Part shown: piece by piece, positions 29,022 to 38,172 of the stretch
Layout of the letters: each line of letters starts with the position of its first letter
Numbering within the stretch: position 1 is the first letter of the stretch
Assembly: GCA_964371675.1 (NCBI GenBank)
Contig: CAYJNL010000005.1
Span: 45,215 to 109,214 of the forward strand
Direction: 5' to 3'
Origin: an uncultured Bacteroides sp.
GTDB lineage: Bacteria; Bacillota; Clostridia; Oscillospirales; Ruminococcaceae
Length of the DNA stretch: 64,000 nt
Program-made: the position numbers and the translations under genes
Notes under the pieces: model-generated
What the model was told of the DNA's origin: nothing
Database searches by the model: none
Seen by the model: the letters and a program-made list of their open reading frames with translations, nothing else

Positions 29022-30849
29022 AACAAGCACCTCCAAGAAGTTTATTTGCACCACAGTTACTGCAAACTTTATTACATGGCTGTGTAACACTTACCTCAAC
29101 CGCTTTTTCATATTCTGAAACAAGAAATTCATCACTAACGCCATATTTTAAATGGCTCCACGGCAAAATCTCATTTGTGCTTATTTGCCTGTTTGCGTAA
29201 AATGTCATGTCAATATTTAATTCTTCAAAAGCTTTTAACCATGTTTCATATTTAAAATGTTCATACCAGCCATCAAAATAACAACCATCTCTGTAAGCTT
29301 TTTCAATAACTTTTGCAAGTTTTCTGTCGCCTTTTGCGAAAACTGCCTCAAGAAAGCTTGTCTTGCCGTCATGATAGCTCACATTTATCTTCTTGCTTTT
29401 TACGCTACTCAGTAGTAATTGCTGTTTTTCGTGTAATCTGTCTAGGCTGTCTTGTGGGCAATATTGAAATGGTGTGTGCGGTTTTGGCACAAAGCAAGCA
29501 ACGCTTACAGATACATGTATATTTTTGCCTTTTGGTTTGTTTTCTGTTTGGAAATACAAGTCTATAACGCGTCTTGCTGTCTCTGCTATGCCAACAACGT
29601 CGTCGTCAGTTTCGGTAGGCAAACCAAGCATAAAGTAAAGTTTAACGGAGGTGTAGCCCGAGGCAAACGCAAGTTTACAGCTCGTCTCTATGTTCTCCTG
29701 TGTAATATTTTTGTTAATAACATCACGCAGCCTCTGTGTACCGGCTTCAGGAGCAAATGTTAAACCGCTTTTGCGTATTTTAGTTGTTTTCTCTACAAGG
29801 CTTTGAGAAAAATTATCAATACGCAAACTAGGCAAAGACAAGCTCACTCTATCTTTTTGCGACCAGTCAAGCAAGCTGTCAAGAAGCGGCTCTAGCTGTG
29901 AATGATCGCTTGTAGAAAGAGAGGTTAGCGAAATTTCATCGTACCCTGTGTTTTCACAAAGCACTTGCCCTGATTTTGACAAAACTTCTGCACTGCGCTC
30001 CCTCATAGGCCTGTAAATAAATCCTGCTTGGCAAAAACGGCAACCCCTTACACATCCGCGCAAAACCTCAATTTGTGCCCTGTCGTGCACTGCGCCAATC
30101 ATAGGCACTATAAAGTTTTCAGGCATGGGCTGTTTGTCCATGTCTATAATTATTGCTTTTTCTATTGTTTTGGGCACATCTTCAGTAGGTTTAATTTGCT
30201 CAATTGTGCCATCTTCTTTGTATGATACCTCGTAAAAAGACGGTATATAAACACCTTTTATTTTGCTTAACTCAAGCAGTGTTTGCTTTTTTGTAAAGCC
30301 TTTTTTCTTGCACTCAATTATCTCATTACATACTTGTAGCAGTTGCTCCTCGCCCTCGCCAAGCATAATTAAGTCAATAAAATCTGCAATTGGCTCTGCG
30401 TTACATGCACATGGGCCACCTGCCACAATTATGGGGTGATCCTCTGCCCTGTCTTTTGCGTAAAAAGGTATGTTTGCAAGGTCAAGCATAGCAAGTATGT
30501 TTGTATATGACAGCTCATATTGTAGAGTAAAACCTACTACATCAAAATTCAAAAGCTCATCTTTGCTTTCAAGTGCATATAGCGGTATATCGCTTTTTTT
30601 CATCTCGTACATCATGTCTGTCCACGGCATAAAGGCACGCTCACACCATATATTTTCTTTACTGTTTAATATCTCGTATAAAATTTTCATTCCCAAAAAT
30701 GACATACCTATCTCGTATGTATCGGGAAAACAAAATGCAAACCTTAAATCAACATTTTCTTTATTTTTGTAAACACAATTAGGCTCACCGCCTGTGTATC
30801 TTCCTGGTTTTTGCACTGCCGCCAGTGCTCTTTTTAATTTTTTATCCAC
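29008..30849 (-). CDS. B12-binding-domain radical SAM protein (TIGR03960-like)
   Basis: 613 aa with a CxxxCxxC cluster in LRGCVRGCRFCQAGF, preceded by an N-terminal Rossmann-like domain. Confidence 0.85.
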   Translation of the reverse strand: MDKKLKRALAAVQKPGRYTGGEPNCVYKNKENVDLRFAFCFPDTYEIGMSFLGMKILYEILNSKENIWCERAFMPWTDMMYEMKKSDIPLYALESKDELLNFDVVGFTLQYELSYTNILAMLDLANIPFYAKDRAEDHPIIVAGGPCACNAEPIADFIDLIMLGEGEEQLLQVCNEIIECKKKGFTKKQTLLELSKIKGVYIPSFYEVSYKEDGTIEQIKPTEDVPKTIEKAIIIDMDKQPMPENFIVPMIGAVHDRAQIEVLRGCVRGCRFCQAGFIYRPMRERSAEVLSKSGQVLCENTGYDEISLTSLSTSDHSQLEPLLDSLLDWSQKDRVSLSLPSLRIDNFSQSLVEKTTKIRKSGLTFAPEAGTQRLRDVINKNITQENIETSCKLAFASGYTSVKLYFMLGLPTETDDDVVGIAETARRVIDLYFQTENKPKGKNIHVSVSVACFVPKPHTPFQYCPQDSLDRLHEKQQLLLSSVKSKKINVSYHDGKTSFLEAVFAKGDRKLAKVIEKAYRDGCYFDGWYEHFKYETWLKAFEELNIDMTFYANRQISTNEILPWSHLKYGVSDEFLVSEYEKAVEVSVTQPCNKVCSNCGANKLLGGACFGYN

Positions 30850-31016
30850 TTTTTTCTCCGTTCTTTTAGATAGTGTTGTAAACCCTATTTAAAATATTAT
30901 ACCAAAAATTACAGAAAATAAAAAGTGTTTTAAAGCATAAAAATTTTGCACATGACATTTAACATTTTGCACAGCTAAATATAACCTCACATATGCGAGG
31001 TATTGGATTAAAATAT

Positions 31017-31068
31017 AGTATCAATAACCCATAAGACACCTTAAAAAAATTTAAGGGTTATTGATACT
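31017..31068 (-). terminator. 14-bp hairpin after the M50-like gene; it also matches the left (hairpin) module of repeat family A
   Basis: AGTATCAATAACCC ... GGGTTATTGATACT. The segment ATAACCCATAAGAC resembles ATAACCCATACAGA of copy A5. Confidence 0.55.
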
Positions 31069-31072
31069 GCTC

Positions 31073-31648
31073 CTAAAGTCCTTTATTTTGCACTATAAGA
31101 TAAACAGGTGCAATAAATGCACCAACCACAGCCATTGCAGACCTGCTGAAAACAAAACTACAAATAGGCAGTGCAATTGCAAAAACAATTATGACTATAC
31201 GTTGCATTTTATTCCAATTGCTTATGTACTGTGACGGCAATATTAACTCAATAATTTGTGCACCATCAAGTGCACCAACCGGCAACATGTTATAAAGCCC
31301 TATACAAAGGCTTACAGCGCTGTAAATGTAAGCCGTGTATGTTGCGTTTTGTAGTGCCATAAAATACAAAACAGCTGAAAATAAAAAATTAGCAATTGAC
31401 CCGCAAAAAAGCACAGCAAGCTTTTTTGTTTTTGTTAAATTTTGTGTTTTTTTAAGACACACACCGCCAGCGCTAAACTCTAATTTTGGCAGTTTTTGTG
31501 TACAAATAATATAAGCTAAAATATGCCCAAGCTCATGAACAAAACAGCAAAAAATAACAATTCTAAAAAGATATGCACCATCTAACAAAAGCCCCAGTGA
31601 GATAAGTGCATAAAAAAATATTAGTTTCATAACTATTCTGTTACCCAT
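31073..31648 (-). CDS. Short site-2 protease (peptidase M50) family membrane protein, SpoIVFB-like but without a CBS domain
   Basis: HELGH zinc motif in a TM helix; hydrophobic throughout. An alternative start (MKLIFF, 31630) lies 2 nt after the upstream stop. Confidence 0.65.
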   Translation of the reverse strand: MGNRIVMKLIFFYALISLGLLLDGAYLFRIVIFCCFVHELGHILAYIICTQKLPKLEFSAGGVCLKKTQNLTKTKKLAVLFCGSIANFLFSAVLYFMALQNATYTAYIYSAVSLCIGLYNMLPVGALDGAQIIELILPSQYISNWNKMQRIVIIVFAIALPICSFVFSRSAMAVVGAFIAPVYLIVQNKGL

Positions 31649-32628
31649 AAATTATATGTTTTCTCTAGTTCGGGGAATTGGTTTATAGGGTCTACACATT
31701 TTCTGTTTAACAGCAGTTCAAAGTGCAAGTGTGGGCCTGTGCTATACCCTGTGCTACCAACTGTACCTATTACTTGACCTTGCAAAACAATTTGTCCAAT
31801 ACGCACAAAACCACTTGACAAATGCTGGTAAAGTGTTTGCAAACCTTGCTCGTGATGCACAATTATATAGTTTCCTCTTTGTTGTGTATATCCTGTTTCT
31901 ATTACTTGACCGTCTAGCGAGGAAACAACATTAGCACCTTGTACAGCTGCAATATCAACACCCATATGAAACTCGTTTTCACCTGTAAAGGGGTTTTGCC
32001 TTACACCGAATTTTGATGTTAAAACACCATAAACCGGCTGTATTAGCCGTGAATTCAATGTGTATTCATTTAAGTCAACTTTGTCTGCTATATCATCTAA
32101 ATTGTAATTTGTGAAGCCACCAATATCTGTAAAGTTATTTGCTTGCCACCCGTCACTTGTGCTATTTGCATTATTTGAGTTACTTTCATTGTTTGCAATT
32201 TCAGTACTTTCTACAATATTTTCACTTGAATTAGATGTAATAAAATCGTTAATAGAGCTATTAGCGCTGATATCTCCACCTATATTGTTTTCCAGCCCAT
32301 TTGTAAAATTAAGTGCTGCTTGCCTAGCCTCGTTTACGGAATTATCAATAAAGCGCAAAATAGGTGTCTCACTGCTAAAATTAACACCACTTTCAAGTGC
32401 ATTATTAAATTTAATTTCTATTTCATCATAAAAAGTACTGTTCATCAAGCGCAATAAGTAGACCACAATTATAACTACACCGCATATCATACACTGTATT
32501 GTCAGCAAATTGTCTTTGTGCACCGTCTGTTTTTTACTGTACAGTGCACTTCCTGTTTTTTCTTTTGCAATATCTTTTTCTTGTGCTTTATGACTGTTTT
32601 GAGATATTTCCCACATAAAAAAACACAT
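31633..32628 (-). CDS. M23 family (LytM-type) metallopeptidase, membrane anchored
   Basis: TM segment CMICGVVIIVVYLL. The C-terminal domain has HMGVDIA and GPHLHFEL catalytic motifs. Confidence 0.85.
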   Translation of the reverse strand: MCFFMWEISQNSHKAQEKDIAKEKTGSALYSKKQTVHKDNLLTIQCMICGVVIIVVYLLRLMNSTFYDEIEIKFNNALESGVNFSSETPILRFIDNSVNEARQAALNFTNGLENNIGGDISANSSINDFITSNSSENIVESTEIANNESNSNNANSTSDGWQANNFTDIGGFTNYNLDDIADKVDLNEYTLNSRLIQPVYGVLTSKFGVRQNPFTGENEFHMGVDIAAVQGANVVSSLDGQVIETGYTQQRGNYIIVHHEQGLQTLYQHLSSGFVRIGQIVLQGQVIGTVGSTGYSTGPHLHFELLLNRKCVDPINQFPELEKTYNLWVTE

Positions 32629-32898
32629 CCTTCTTTCACATATAAAAAAGTAAAGGGCTGTGATGAAATTGTGATTTCTTCACAGCCCTTTTTAGGCAGC
32701 GTTTACACAAGTGCTATAGCGGCTTATTGAGGCTATTTTTTCACTCAATATCTTGTTTAAAATTTACATTTTCTTCTCAATAAAAGGTTTTTATTTATTA
32801 TTTATGCAAAATTATTAATTGCATAAATATGATAGTTTAAACTTGTGTAAACTGCCGTGCCTTATTACAAGTTAAATAAAGCGGTGTCAATAGACTAT

Positions 32899-33498
32899 TT
32901 ACTTAACTTCCACAATAGTTATATTTTGCGATGACGTATCAACTTTGCCGAGAACAATGTCTCTTATTACAGCTACAGACTGTGCATCAAGCTCAGTGCC
33001 GTCAGTCTTAACAGCTACATCAACTTTATCACCATTAACAAAAGTTACACAGTCTAAAAAACCTTTTGCTTTCACTAAGTTTTCAATGTCACTTTCAGCA
33101 GTAATGGCGGCAATAACACTTGATAATTCTTTTGTCAGTGTGTCTTTCTCGCTCGTTGTTAAATTTGCTTCTTTTAGGCTTTTTTGTAATTTGTCAAGTG
33201 CTTCATCTCTTGTTTTTTCACGCGTTAATCGTGCCTCTTCAAAGTATTTTTCGCTCTCGTTAACACTAACAAGCTGTGCATCACCATAGTTTTTATCAGG
33301 CAATGCCTCTTGCACACTCTCTTGTACAGGCTCGGCTATGGGCTCTGTTTCAACTGTGCTTGTTACTGCAATTGCATTTTCTGTAACGTCAATTTGCTCG
33401 CCACCTCTTGCGTATTGCCAGTTTAGATACACAGCCACGCCTAAAGCCAAAATTAGTGTAAACAGTGTTATTTGCCTTTTACTTTTTGCTGTTTTCAT
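32899..33498 (-). CDS. spoIIIAH: Stage III sporulation protein AH
   Basis: Last gene of the spoIIIA cluster, with an N-terminal TM anchor, an acidic linker and a YscJ/FliF-like C-terminal domain. Confidence 0.75.
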   Translation of the reverse strand: MKTAKSKRQITLFTLILALGVAVYLNWQYARGGEQIDVTENAIAVTSTVETEPIAEPVQESVQEALPDKNYGDAQLVSVNESEKYFEEARLTREKTRDEALDKLQKSLKEANLTTSEKDTLTKELSSVIAAITAESDIENLVKAKGFLDCVTFVNGDKVDVAVKTDGTELDAQSVAVIRDIVLGKVDTSSQNITIVEVK

Positions 33499-33514
33499 AA
33501 TATAATTCCTCCAA

Positions 33515-34102
33515 TTAAATCATTTTTGTTACACAGATTCGGTTTGTAGATACTCCCAGCACCACCGAAACAAGCTCTGTTATGTTTGAAATTACGGTTA
33601 TATCATCTCCTCCCTCACACACAACAGCCACGCCCTTTATGCTGGGCAATGTTTGCATTTCTATTATGGGTGTATCTTTATTTCCATCATCAATTATTGT
33701 ATATTCACTCTCAAAGCTTGCCTTTTCATCCGTTATCCCATCATTTTGCGTTGTCATTTCTGTTGAGGATTTTTCACTCTGCGCATATATAATCTCTCCG
33801 GGAGTTTCAATAGTTATCATCACTTTAACAGCGCCAACCCCGTATATGCTCTCAATCATTTGTGTAAGCTCCTCTTCAAGGTTTTGTACATACACATCAG
33901 CATTTTGCTGTATTTGATATTGCACGTAATTTGTGCTGTTTTCGCTTGATTCATTACCGCTTTGAGATTTAAACAAAAAGTCTGACAAGAATATGATTAA
34001 AATACCCAAAAGGCCAATAAGAAAAAGCCTGTTTTTTTTATCAAACAATGCGCTAATTGTAGGCAATTTTAAATTTTGTTTTTTATTGTTTTGATTTTCC
34101 AC
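33515..34102 (-). CDS. spoIIIAG: Stage III sporulation protein AG
   Basis: TM anchor and C-terminal IKGVAVVCEGGDD motif; position in operon. Confidence 0.8.
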   Translation of the reverse strand: MENQNNKKQNLKLPTISALFDKKNRLFLIGLLGILIIFLSDFLFKSQSGNESSENSTNYVQYQIQQNADVYVQNLEEELTQMIESIYGVGAVKVMITIETPGEIIYAQSEKSSTEMTTQNDGITDEKASFESEYTIIDDGNKDTPIIEMQTLPSIKGVAVVCEGGDDITVISNITELVSVVLGVSTNRICVTKMI

Positions 34103-34107
34103 GGCTT

Positions 34108-34569
34108 TTATCCTCCGCTTATTATTTCTATCGACACATCTTCACTTAAAATTTGTTTTACACTTTGTTTTGCTTTCTCAACATCGGTGCTGGGTGTTGT
34201 TATAATTTGCACACTTATAATATTTATATATTCACCGCTGTGCTCTGCATTAATTATTACATCTTCTGCTGTGTTGTCTGATTGCACAATACCTTGATAA
34301 ACAGTTTGTGTAAGATTTTGCACTGTAGTTTGCATTATAATCGACTGTGTGTCAATTTCTGCATCTGCGGCTTGCACTGTTTCATATGTAAAATTGTACA
34401 CAAGTAAATTATTATTGCCTAGTGGTGCAAATGCTGTTATTAAAATATATAGCGTTAGTATAAGTTTTATGACAGAAAAATTCGACCTATTTTGTGTAAA
34501 CTGTTGTAAAACACCAACACATAGGCAAGCCATACAAACTGTTAGCGCCCAGTCTTTAACTGCCTCCAT
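34108..34569 (-). CDS. spoIIIAF: Stage III sporulation protein AF
   Basis: Two N-terminal TM helices; position between AE and AG. Confidence 0.7.
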   Translation of the reverse strand: MEAVKDWALTVCMACLCVGVLQQFTQNRSNFSVIKLILTLYILITAFAPLGNNNLLVYNFTYETVQAADAEIDTQSIIMQTTVQNLTQTVYQGIVQSDNTAEDVIINAEHSGEYINIISVQIITTPSTDVEKAKQSVKQILSEDVSIEIISGG

Positions 34570-34573
34570 TGTT

Positions 34574-35704
34574 TTAACCTCCTGTTCCTATAACAATCAT
34601 CATGCTGGTTGCAACGGTTATCATAGCACCAAAAAGCAGTATCACCGTAATAAAAATACCAACACATGATGAAAAACCCGCAAACATTTTTTCAACCTTT
34701 ATATTACCTGTGGAACCTGCAATAAAGCCACTTAGAGTGAAGATTAAATAATATGCAAAACACTGCACTATTACAGGTATAAGTAGTGCCATAACCGTTG
34801 CAATTGCGGCAAAACCCATTGTGCCTTTCACAAGTTTAAGCCCTGCAAGCACACTACCCATTGCGTCTGAAACAGCCCTACCCACAACAGGTATTGTACT
34901 GCCAAGCAAAAATTTACCCGCCTTTAGTGCCGCAGTATCGGCATTGTTTGCAAGCGTTGTCTGTAGCCCAAGCACCGCCACAAAAAGTGCACTTATTATT
35001 GTTAAAGTCCACTTTATCCAGCGCGATACAAGATATGCAAATTTTGATAAATCAAGAGATAAATCAACAGAAGCTGTTGCGTGCATTGCAAGCATCACGC
35101 GGTTTAATGGAAGAATTACACCTACAAAAAAAGAAGTTATCATTGAACAAACTGTAAAAAAAACACCACTGTATATAGCAGATGTACTCACTTGCCCCGA
35201 GCTAATAAGTACAGTTGCAAAGACAGGTATGAATGAGGATATATATATATTTCCATCTTCAATTACACGCTGTACTGTGCTTGTTAGCTGTAAAATGTGT
35301 GAGCTGCAAATTGTAAAAACAGTAAGTGTTGCAACTAGGTCGAGCACATTCATAATTTCACTTTGCGTGGTATGTGTAACAAAGCTTTTTGCAAGTGCAA
35401 CAAGTATTATTACTGCACATAAACGTGCAAAAAGGCGTAAAGGCTCTAAAAATTTATCTGCTACATATTCTAAAAGTATCTCTATTAAATTTTCAGGGGG
35501 TGTGTTTTCAAACTCACTCGCTGTCATTGGTGCACTTTCAATAATTGCTTGCCACTCGCTTGGTACTTCTATAATAAAACCATCAGTAGTTTCCTCGCTT
35601 TGTGTAGGCAAATTTTGTGCTTGTACACTTAAAGAAAGCACAAGTAAAAAGAACATGGACATAAATATCTGTACTAATTTTTTCATCTTATTTTTCAACT
35701 TCAT
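34574..35704 (-). CDS. spoIIIAE: Stage III sporulation protein AE
   Basis: 376 aa, signal peptide plus polytopic membrane protein; operon position. Confidence 0.85.
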   Translation of the reverse strand: MKLKNKMKKLVQIFMSMFFLLVLSLSVQAQNLPTQSEETTDGFIIEVPSEWQAIIESAPMTASEFENTPPENLIEILLEYVADKFLEPLRLFARLCAVIILVALAKSFVTHTTQSEIMNVLDLVATLTVFTICSSHILQLTSTVQRVIEDGNIYISSFIPVFATVLISSGQVSTSAIYSGVFFTVCSMITSFFVGVILPLNRVMLAMHATASVDLSLDLSKFAYLVSRWIKWTLTIISALFVAVLGLQTTLANNADTAALKAGKFLLGSTIPVVGRAVSDAMGSVLAGLKLVKGTMGFAAIATVMALLIPVIVQCFAYYLIFTLSGFIAGSTGNIKVEKMFAGFSSCVGIFITVILLFGAMITVATSMMIVIGTGG

Positions 35705-36081
35705 TGTAACAGCTCCAAAATTATATCTGACAGTGATACTAGTAGCGGTACACTTATTATTATTACGGCTACTTTACCTACAAACTCAACACTACTTGCT
35801 AGTGCTGTTTGTCCTGATTCCCTACATAACTCTTGTGTGAACTGTGTTAAAACAGCTATGCCAACAGCCTTAAAAATTATTGAAACACCCTCAAAAGACG
35901 TATGTTGTGACAAATTTTGAACGAGATTAAATACAGGCTCCAATGTACCTACCGCATATACAACTAAAAAAACACAGCAAACACAGCTTAATAAAATTGC
36001 ATAGTTAGGGTTATACTGGCGCAATATTCCATATAGAAACAGGCTTATTATTGCAAACCCGAAAAGTGTTGTTAGCTCCAT
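35701..36081 (-). CDS. spoIIIAD: Stage III sporulation protein AD
   Basis: 126-aa four-helix membrane protein overlapping AE by 4 nt. Confidence 0.8.
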   Translation of the reverse strand: MELTTLFGFAIISLFLYGILRQYNPNYAILLSCVCCVFLVVYAVGTLEPVFNLVQNLSQHTSFEGVSIIFKAVGIAVLTQFTQELCRESGQTALASSVEFVGKVAVIIISVPLLVSLSDIILELLQ

Positions 36082-36083
36082 AT

Positions 36084-36278
36084 TTAAAGCCCGAAAATAT
36101 CTTTAATTGTATCGAACAGCACACTAATTTGTGTTGCCACCATCATAAGCACAACAATAAGCCCTGCAAGCGTTGTCATCATTGCTTGGTCTTCCCTGCC
36201 CGAGCGTATAAGCAGCTGGTTTAGTACTGCAACTATTATGCCTATTGCCGCTATTCTGAAAACAAAATCTATATCCAT
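36084..36278 (-). CDS. spoIIIAC: Stage III sporulation protein AC
   Basis: 64-aa two-helix membrane protein (MDIDFVFRIAAIGIIVAVL...). Confidence 0.8.
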   Translation of the reverse strand: MDIDFVFRIAAIGIIVAVLNQLLIRSGREDQAMMTTLAGLIVVLMMVATQISVLFDTIKDIFGL

Positions 36279-36325
36279 TATTTTTAACTCCTATTTTGGC
36301 TTGTGCTGTGGCATTTATGACTACA

Positions 36326-36841
36326 TTAAATAAAAAACAAAACAGCGCCAACACCTGCACAAATTCCAAGGCTTTTATATAATTTCATCTGTATTTTTGC
36401 CTCTTTAGTTGCTAGGTTTAATATGCCTTCAAAGCTTACTATTGTGAAATTTAACTTTTCTATTTCTTCATTTGCACCCGAGCCACCCATGTTACAAAGT
36501 GTATTATAAAAAACCTCAATTTCTTGTTTATCTAAATATTGTATTAGATAATTTTCTTCTGCTTTAAGTGCTTTGTTTAATTCTTTAGGAAAAAGTGTCG
36601 AGTCTTCTTTGCTTAAATTTATTTTCACATACTTTATTGTGCTGTTATTAAACGCGTCGCATATAGCTTTTGCTGTTGTGTCTTTTCTATATAATATATT
36701 ATTTTTTAATGAACGTAATATTAAAACCACGTCTTCTATAATTTGCATACGAATAACGTATTGTTTGCCTTTTTTATAACCTATAAGTGAGCAAGATGCA
36801 ATTACAATAACAGCGCCAAAAAATTTAAATACTAGTTGCAA
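36326..36841 (-). CDS. spoIIIAB: Stage III sporulation protein AB
   Basis: 171 aa with terminal TM helices; operon position; overlaps the end of AA. Confidence 0.75.
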   Translation of the reverse strand: MQLVFKFFGAVIVIASCSLIGYKKGKQYVIRMQIIEDVVLILRSLKNNILYRKDTTAKAICDAFNNSTIKYVKINLSKEDSTLFPKELNKALKAEENYLIQYLDKQEIEVFYNTLCNMGGSGANEEIEKLNFTIVSFEGILNLATKEAKIQMKLYKSLGICAGVGAVLFFI

Positions 36842-37763
36842 CGCTGAACACCTCTCTTACTACACCGGGGATTTTGTTACTGTGCAGAAAAGCAATGCTT
36901 GAAAAAGCCCCTGTTTGTAAAATGGCTTTTGCTTGTGGGCGTCTTTTTATAGTGTTAATATTATTTCCGTGCATTGTAATAAACAAATCAACACCTGCAT
37001 TTGCTGCCATTTTCACAGCATTTACGTCTGCAAAACTGCCAATTTCATCACATAAAATCACATCGGGTGCTAAACTGCGCACAGCTTGTATCATGCCAAT
37101 ATGTTTTGGGTAGCCCGACATTATATCGCAGTTCATAGGTACAGCCAGTGCAAAACCTGTTGGGCTTACGGGTGCTATTTCAAAGCGTTCGTCAATTACA
37201 ACTACCCTTTTGCCGGCATCTGATAAATGGCGCATAACGCTGCGCAGTACTGTTGTTTTACCGCTACCGGGTTCACCTGCAAGTATAATGCCTCCATTAT
37301 TTTTTTGCAGTAGCAGTTTTATTTTGTTATCACAATCTGTAATTTCTGTTCTTGCGATACGCACATTTAGTGATGATACGTTTTTTATTGTATCAATTTT
37401 GTCATTATCGCAAACGGCTGTTCCGCTTATGCCAACCCTATGCCCACCTTTTAGAGGGACAAAACCGTTTATTATGTAATTTTGATAGCTATGCACAGAG
37501 TATGCACATACGGCTTTGAAACATTCGTTTATATCGTCGTGGCTTGTACAAAAAGTGTTTATTGATAGCGACGGCATAACGTTTCCGTTTCTGTCTAAAA
37601 GCAGGTAGCCTTGTGTTGTTGTAAGCACAAGTGGTCTATTACTTCTTAAGCGTATTTCTGTTACTTTTTTTGCTAGGTCTTGAGGAACACAGCTTAAAAC
37701 ATTTGATATACTTTGTGGTAACTGAGCCACTGCATTAAAGTAGCTTTGTGCGTTTTTGTCCAT
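36825..37763 (-). CDS. spoIIIAA: Stage III sporulation protein AA (secretion-type ATPase)
   Basis: Walker A GEPGSGKTT and Walker B VILCDEIG. I prefer the ATG at 37763 (AAAGGAA upstream) over the track start at 37781. Confidence 0.9.
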   Translation of the reverse strand: MDKNAQSYFNAVAQLPQSISNVLSCVPQDLAKKVTEIRLRSNRPLVLTTTQGYLLLDRNGNVMPSLSINTFCTSHDDINECFKAVCAYSVHSYQNYIINGFVPLKGGHRVGISGTAVCDNDKIDTIKNVSSLNVRIARTEITDCDNKIKLLLQKNNGGIILAGEPGSGKTTVLRSVMRHLSDAGKRVVVIDERFEIAPVSPTGFALAVPMNCDIMSGYPKHIGMIQAVRSLAPDVILCDEIGSFADVNAVKMAANAGVDLFITMHGNNINTIKRRPQAKAILQTGAFSSIAFLHSNKIPGVVREVFSVATSI

Positions 37764-37839
37764 TTTCACTGTTCCTTTCATTTATGTTGCAATTTTTAAT
37801 TGTGTTATATCTTATGTTAAAGAGTGTTTTAATAGAACA

Positions 37840-37975
37840 AATATAGTTGAACCAATTTGAAATTCAACAAGACAGTGCACGTTAAAATATTAATTATCAA
37901 GGCATCGGAACAAGTAATATTGTTGTATTGCGATTGGTACAGGCGAAGATAAACGGAATTTTAGCGGCTTGGTTA
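37840..37975 (+). repeat. Family B structured repeat, copy B2 (core); the distal tail of the element reappears at 38096-38152
   Basis: ATATAGTTGAACCAATTTGAAAT...CGTTAAAATATTAATTATCAAGGCATCGGA...TGTATTGCGATTGG...GATAAACGGAATTTTAGC. A second GATAAACGTAATTT...GGATTG...TTTGACTATAA is at 38096-38152. Confidence 0.7.
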
Positions 37976-38030
37976 TGCATAATAATTAAATATTACACAT
38001 AAAAATTAACAAATAAAAATGGCATAAAAA

Positions 38031-38060
38031 ACAACCCATACGTAATGTATGAGTTATTAT
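38031..38060 (-). repeat. Family A left-module fragment embedded inside the B2 locus
   Basis: ACAACCCATACGTAATGTATGAGTTATTAT; compare ATAACCCATACAGAATTTGAGGGGGTTATAT at 44719-44749. Confidence 0.5.
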
Positions 38061-38172
38061 AGTTAAGTTATTTTGAAATTCGTACAAGATTACTAAGATA
38101 AACGTAATTTAATCAATTGGATTGTATTGATTTTAAATTGTTTGACTATAAAAGTAAAGGAGTGTATGTAAT

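Noticed and set aside
34821-35840. 339-aa plus-strand ORF
   Set aside because: It lies entirely antisense to the well-supported spoIIIAE/spoIIIAD genes, has low-complexity Ser/Thr/Ala-rich translation and has no RBS. It is a shadow ORF.
36124-36369. 81-aa alternative-frame ORF overlapping spoIIIAC
   Set aside because: The spoIIIAC frame gives the expected two-helix membrane protein in the conserved operon position. The alternative frame has no RBS or recognisable features.
37782-37860. Sigma-E promoter upstream of spoIIIAA
   Set aside because: The best candidate (TTCTATT - 14 nt - CATAAGAT) deviates from the ATA...CATACA-T consensus at several positions, and I cannot distinguish it from chance in AT-rich DNA.
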